A stretch of DNA of 10,057 bases from a virus, in the UHGV virus genome UHGV-1651400, one strand, 5' to 3'. Both the position numbers and the translations under genes were made by a program. Below are positions 8,194 to 10,057 of the stretch, piece after piece. A model generated the notes under the pieces. It did no database searches and was not told the DNA's origin. It saw nothing but the letters and a program-made list of their open reading frames with translations. Numbering within the stretch: position 1 is the stretch's first letter; the number at the start of each line of letters is the position of its first letter.

Positions 8194-8382
8194 TTATAAA
8201 CTGTCTTTTCTTTTGTGAGCGACTTGTATTAATAAATCTATTTGCGCATCTTGTTTTTTATTTATCTCTTTAAGGGCTTCAACTTGTTCATTTGCCCTTG
8301 TGCTAAACCGTATTACATAAAAAATCACAATTAGATTTATCAACCAGCCGAATATTCCAAACACTACTACCAGTGGTTCCAT
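8194..8382 (-). CDS. Hypothetical small single-pass membrane protein (62 aa), candidate moron
   Basis: ATG 8382..8380 is preceded by a strong Shine-Dalgarno (AAAAGGAGG, 4-nt spacer). Product MEPLVVVFGIFGWLINLIVIFYVIRFSTRANEQVEALKEINKKQDAQIDLLIQVAHKRKDSL has an N-terminal hydrophobic helix and a charged amphipathic C-terminus. DNA is visibly AT-rich relative to flanking tail genes and is followed by a terminator. No homolog recognised from memory. Confidence 0.55.
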   Translation of the reverse strand: MEPLVVVFGIFGWLINLIVIFYVIRFSTRANEQVEALKEINKKQDAQIDLLIQVAHKRKDSL

Positions 8383-8439
8383 AACGCCTCCTTTTCTTAA
8401 GGAAAGAGCGTATCGCCACATTGATGACATGTGAAGCAA

Positions 8440-8718
8440 TTATTGTGTCGCAGCTGTTAGCGCCGCTTCAAGCCCTGCAAACGGGTCATTCGGTTCTGAT
8501 TGCTCCTCACCACCCCAGCGCAGGATCGCATCGTCCAGCGGTACTTTTGCCCCCTGCGAACCGTAGATGGCAGAGACGATCTGGGCGGCCTGAATGTCAC
8601 CGCGAATATCGCCAACCGGACTTTGCCTGTCGTACTCAATCCACATCAGAAGCTCGCTTGCCGTCATATTCTGCCGAAGCTCTGAGAGCGTGCGCCCCAT
8701 CCGGAGCGCAAGCGACAT
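8440..8718 (-). CDS. T: Tail assembly protein T domain, expected to be expressed as a G-T fusion via -1 frameshift
   Basis: -1 frame relative to G. Product (MSLALRMGRTLSELRQNMTASELLMWIEYDRQSPVGDIRGDIQAAQI...) has the character of the phage minor-tail-protein T family. No Shine-Dalgarno before ATG 8718. The T frame is open upstream to a TGA at 8781..8779, so it overlaps the last ~17 codons of G. Confidence 0.78.
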   Translation of the reverse strand: MSLALRMGRTLSELRQNMTASELLMWIEYDRQSPVGDIRGDIQAAQIVSAIYGSQGAKVPLDDAILRWGGEEQSEPNDPFAGLEAALTAATQ

Positions 8719-8726
8719 CAGAAACT

Positions 8727-9110
8727 TTACGCCGGGGGTTGAGACTTTTCCCGCGCTTCGTCCGCGTTGTTGATCAGGTCAAGCGCCTGTTTGAGCAGGC
8801 GTGAATGGACGGGGCCGTAGATTTCACGCACCTGCTCTTCTTCGTCTACGCTGAATACCGGTTGCTTATCGGTGTCGCACAGGACGTCAATGAAGAGCAC
8901 CACGTCAGCGCAAAGATTACGGTGTGCCTTTTCCGATACCGACACATTTTCATCATCAGCACCCGCTTTCACCACCTCCTGCCAGCGCAGCCAGGCTTCT
9001 CCAGACGGCTCACGGAGAACCACTTTGACGCCTTCCCACTCAGGAACGGCGACCATCTTATGACGAAATCCCGACATCTTAGCCAGGGCGAGATTTTTAA
9101 TATTCTTCAT
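8727..9110 (-). CDS. G: Tail assembly chaperone (lambda gpG analogue)
   Basis: 127-aa acidic ORF directly downstream of the major tail protein gene and overlapped at its 3' end by the -1 frame T ORF. Shine-Dalgarno GAGAGG about 5 nt before ATG 9110. Assignment is positional and architectural; no sequence similarity to lambda gpG recognised. Confidence 0.65.
   Translation of the reverse strand: MKNIKNLALAKMSGFRHKMVAVPEWEGVKVVLREPSGEAWLRWQEVVKAGADDENVSVSEKAHRNLCADVVLFIDVLCDTDKQPVFSVDEEEQVREIYGPVHSRLLKQALDLINNADEAREKSQPPA
8745..8752 (-). other. Candidate programmed -1 ribosomal frameshift site (GGGAAAAG on the minus strand) within the G/T overlap
   Basis: Minus strand 8756->8727 reads GCG CGG GAA AAG TCT CAA CCC CCG GCG TAA in the G frame; the -1 (T) frame reads GCG GGA AAA GTC. 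The register differs from lambda's canonical G GGA AAG, so the exact slip position is uncertain; a CCCCC run at 8738-8734 is an alternative. Confidence 0.4.
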
Positions 9111-9118
9111 GCGACCTC

Positions 9119-9562
9119 TCAGGAGCCAGACTCGATGTTTTCAGGCTTACCTTTCAGGCGCAGGGAGAACGTTGCCGCCACTACGCCGTTGGTACCTGAA
9201 GACCAGGTGTGCTGGCGGATTTCAGCCAGGAACTTAAAGCCCTTGCCGGACGGGAAGATAACCTGGAAAGCGTAGGTCGTATCGTTGTCATAGGCCTCAC
9301 GCAAGGCGTCCTGCGCCGGATTCTTGTAGAAGTTGCCGGACAGAGAGATTTCTGACGGAGAAGGCAGGCCGTTGATGTTCTCCTGCTCGGTAGAGCAAAG
9401 TGTTGTTACGTCGATATCCTGCTTCTGACCACCGGTGAACTGAATTTCTTTGATGGTGCAACTCAGATCGAGGAAGGTTGCGGAATCCATCGTTTCTTTG
9501 GTAGCTGGCAGGGAGGAAATAAGGATCTTCGTCAGCTGCGATTTTTCATAAAGTGCAGACAT
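9119..9562 (-). CDS. Major tail (tube) protein, short form without a C-terminal Ig-like extension
   Basis: 147-aa ORF immediately upstream of the G/T pair. Strong Shine-Dalgarno (CAGGAGA, ~6 nt spacer). Not recognisably similar to lambda gpV from memory and markedly shorter; the call rests on position and size. Confidence 0.7.
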   Translation of the reverse strand: MSALYEKSQLTKILISSLPATKETMDSATFLDLSCTIKEIQFTGGQKQDIDVTTLCSTEQENINGLPSPSEISLSGNFYKNPAQDALREAYDNDTTYAFQVIFPSGKGFKFLAEIRQHTWSSGTNGVVAATFSLRLKGKPENIESGS

Positions 9563-9570
9563 AGCTGTCT

Positions 9571-9603
9571 CCTGGAAAAAGAAAACCCGCCATCAGGCGG
9601 GTT
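9571..9603 (-). terminator. Terminator-like or attenuator hairpin upstream of the major tail gene (minus-strand RNA: AACCCGCC-UGAU-GGCGGGUU followed by UUCUUUUUCC)
   Basis: Seen in sequence: plus strand 9584-9591 AACCCGCC, loop ATCA, 9596-9603 GGCGGGTT. On the minus strand the 8-bp stem is followed by a U-rich tract, then the major-tail Shine-Dalgarno and ATG. Confidence 0.45.
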
Positions 9604-9621
9604 CGTTGGGTGAATTAATTG

Positions 9622-9969
9622 TCAGGGGGTAACTTTAAAATCCAGGGTGGCACGGTAGAGCCGATAATCTGGCTCGTAACCGGGGATTTTTACCACCTCT
9701 GTAGGGTTTAAGGGCTTCAGCGAAGCGAGCGCCAAATCTCTCAGGGTGCGTGATTCAGTGATCGTAGTGGAATACACATCTACCTGAATGGAAACCCTGC
9801 TCTCTGCCTGGCCGCACAGCACGTCAGCGGAAACATCATCGACGATGGAAAAAATAATCCAGGGCGGAGAGACTGAAGGCTTTCCGTCACTGCCGAGAGG
9901 CGCAACGTAGGGATAAACCTGCCCTCCGGCCAGCGGCGCCAGCAGAGGATAGAGATCGTCTTCCGTCAT
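9622..9969 (-). CDS. Putative tail terminator / tail completion protein (positional analogue of lambda gpU)
   Basis: 115-aa ORF directly upstream of the major tail gene. ATG 9969..9967 overlaps the stop of the upstream gene as ATGA. No sequence similarity to lambda gpU recognised; the call is by synteny and size only. Confidence 0.5.
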   Translation of the reverse strand: MTEDDLYPLLAPLAGGQVYPYVAPLGSDGKPSVSPPWIIFSIVDDVSADVLCGQAESRVSIQVDVYSTTITESRTLRDLALASLKPLNPTEVVKIPGYEPDYRLYRATLDFKVTP

Positions 9970-10057
9970 TTGCTTAATGCCTCGTCAATGGCCTGGTTCA
10001 TGCGCCTGATCGCAACCTCCGTCGCCTGCTCCTGGCGAACATCGAACGCGGGACGAA
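9966..10057 (-). CDS. C-terminal fragment of upstream gene (positional analogue of lambda gpZ, tail completion/head-tail joining); 5' end outside window
   Basis: Minus-strand frame is open from the window edge to TGA 9968..9966 (...RPRFDVRQEQATEVAIRRMNQAIDEALSK*). Its stop overlaps the next start codon (ATGA), suggesting translational coupling. Confidence 0.4.
   Translation of the reverse strand, partial: RPAFDVRQEQATEVAIRRMNQAIDEALSK

Noticed and set aside
8194-8439. Long 81-aa form of the small ORF starting at 8439
   Set aside because: The upstream 19 codons have no ribosome-binding site and abut the T stop; the internal ATG at 8382 has a strong AGGAGG-type Shine-Dalgarno immediately upstream, so the 62-aa form is preferred.
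8421-9275. Plus-strand ORFs 8421..8804, 8500..8685, 8805..9275, 8872..9063 and minus alternate-frame ORF 8457..8639
   Set aside because: Antisense to, or out of frame with, the G, T and major tail genes; Arg/Ser/Pro-rich low-complexity translations; no start signals.
1-10057. Search for CRISPR arrays, tRNA/rRNA genes, integrase or transposase, toxin-antitoxin pairs
   Set aside because: No direct-repeat/spacer periodicity, no tRNA-like or rRNA-like segments, and every substantial reading frame is accounted for by tail morphogenesis genes plus the single small moron ORF.

Overview
The whole window is one minus-strand late operon: the tail-morphogenesis module of a lambda-like siphovirus or prophage, probably enterobacterial. 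Reading 5'->3' on the minus strand (high to low coordinates) the order is: C-terminus of an upstream gene (partial), putative tail terminator/completion protein, a short major tail tube protein, tail assembly chaperone G with an overlapping -1 frame T domain (G-T frameshift), a small AT-rich membrane-protein ORF with its own Shine-Dalgarno and terminator, tape measure protein H (1088 aa), M, L, K, I, and the N-terminal ~816 codons of host-specificity protein J. J runs off the left edge and is missing from the supplied ORF track because it has no in-window stop. Assignments rest on my own minus-strand translation and remembered similarity to lambda proteins; no database search was run. There are no rRNA, tRNA, CRISPR, integrase or transposase signals. 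The most interesting element is the small moron-like insertion between T and H. Three terminator-like hairpins on the coding strand and a non-canonical G-T frameshift site are also worth checking. Most plus-strand and alternate-frame ORFs in the track are antisense or out-of-frame artefacts.
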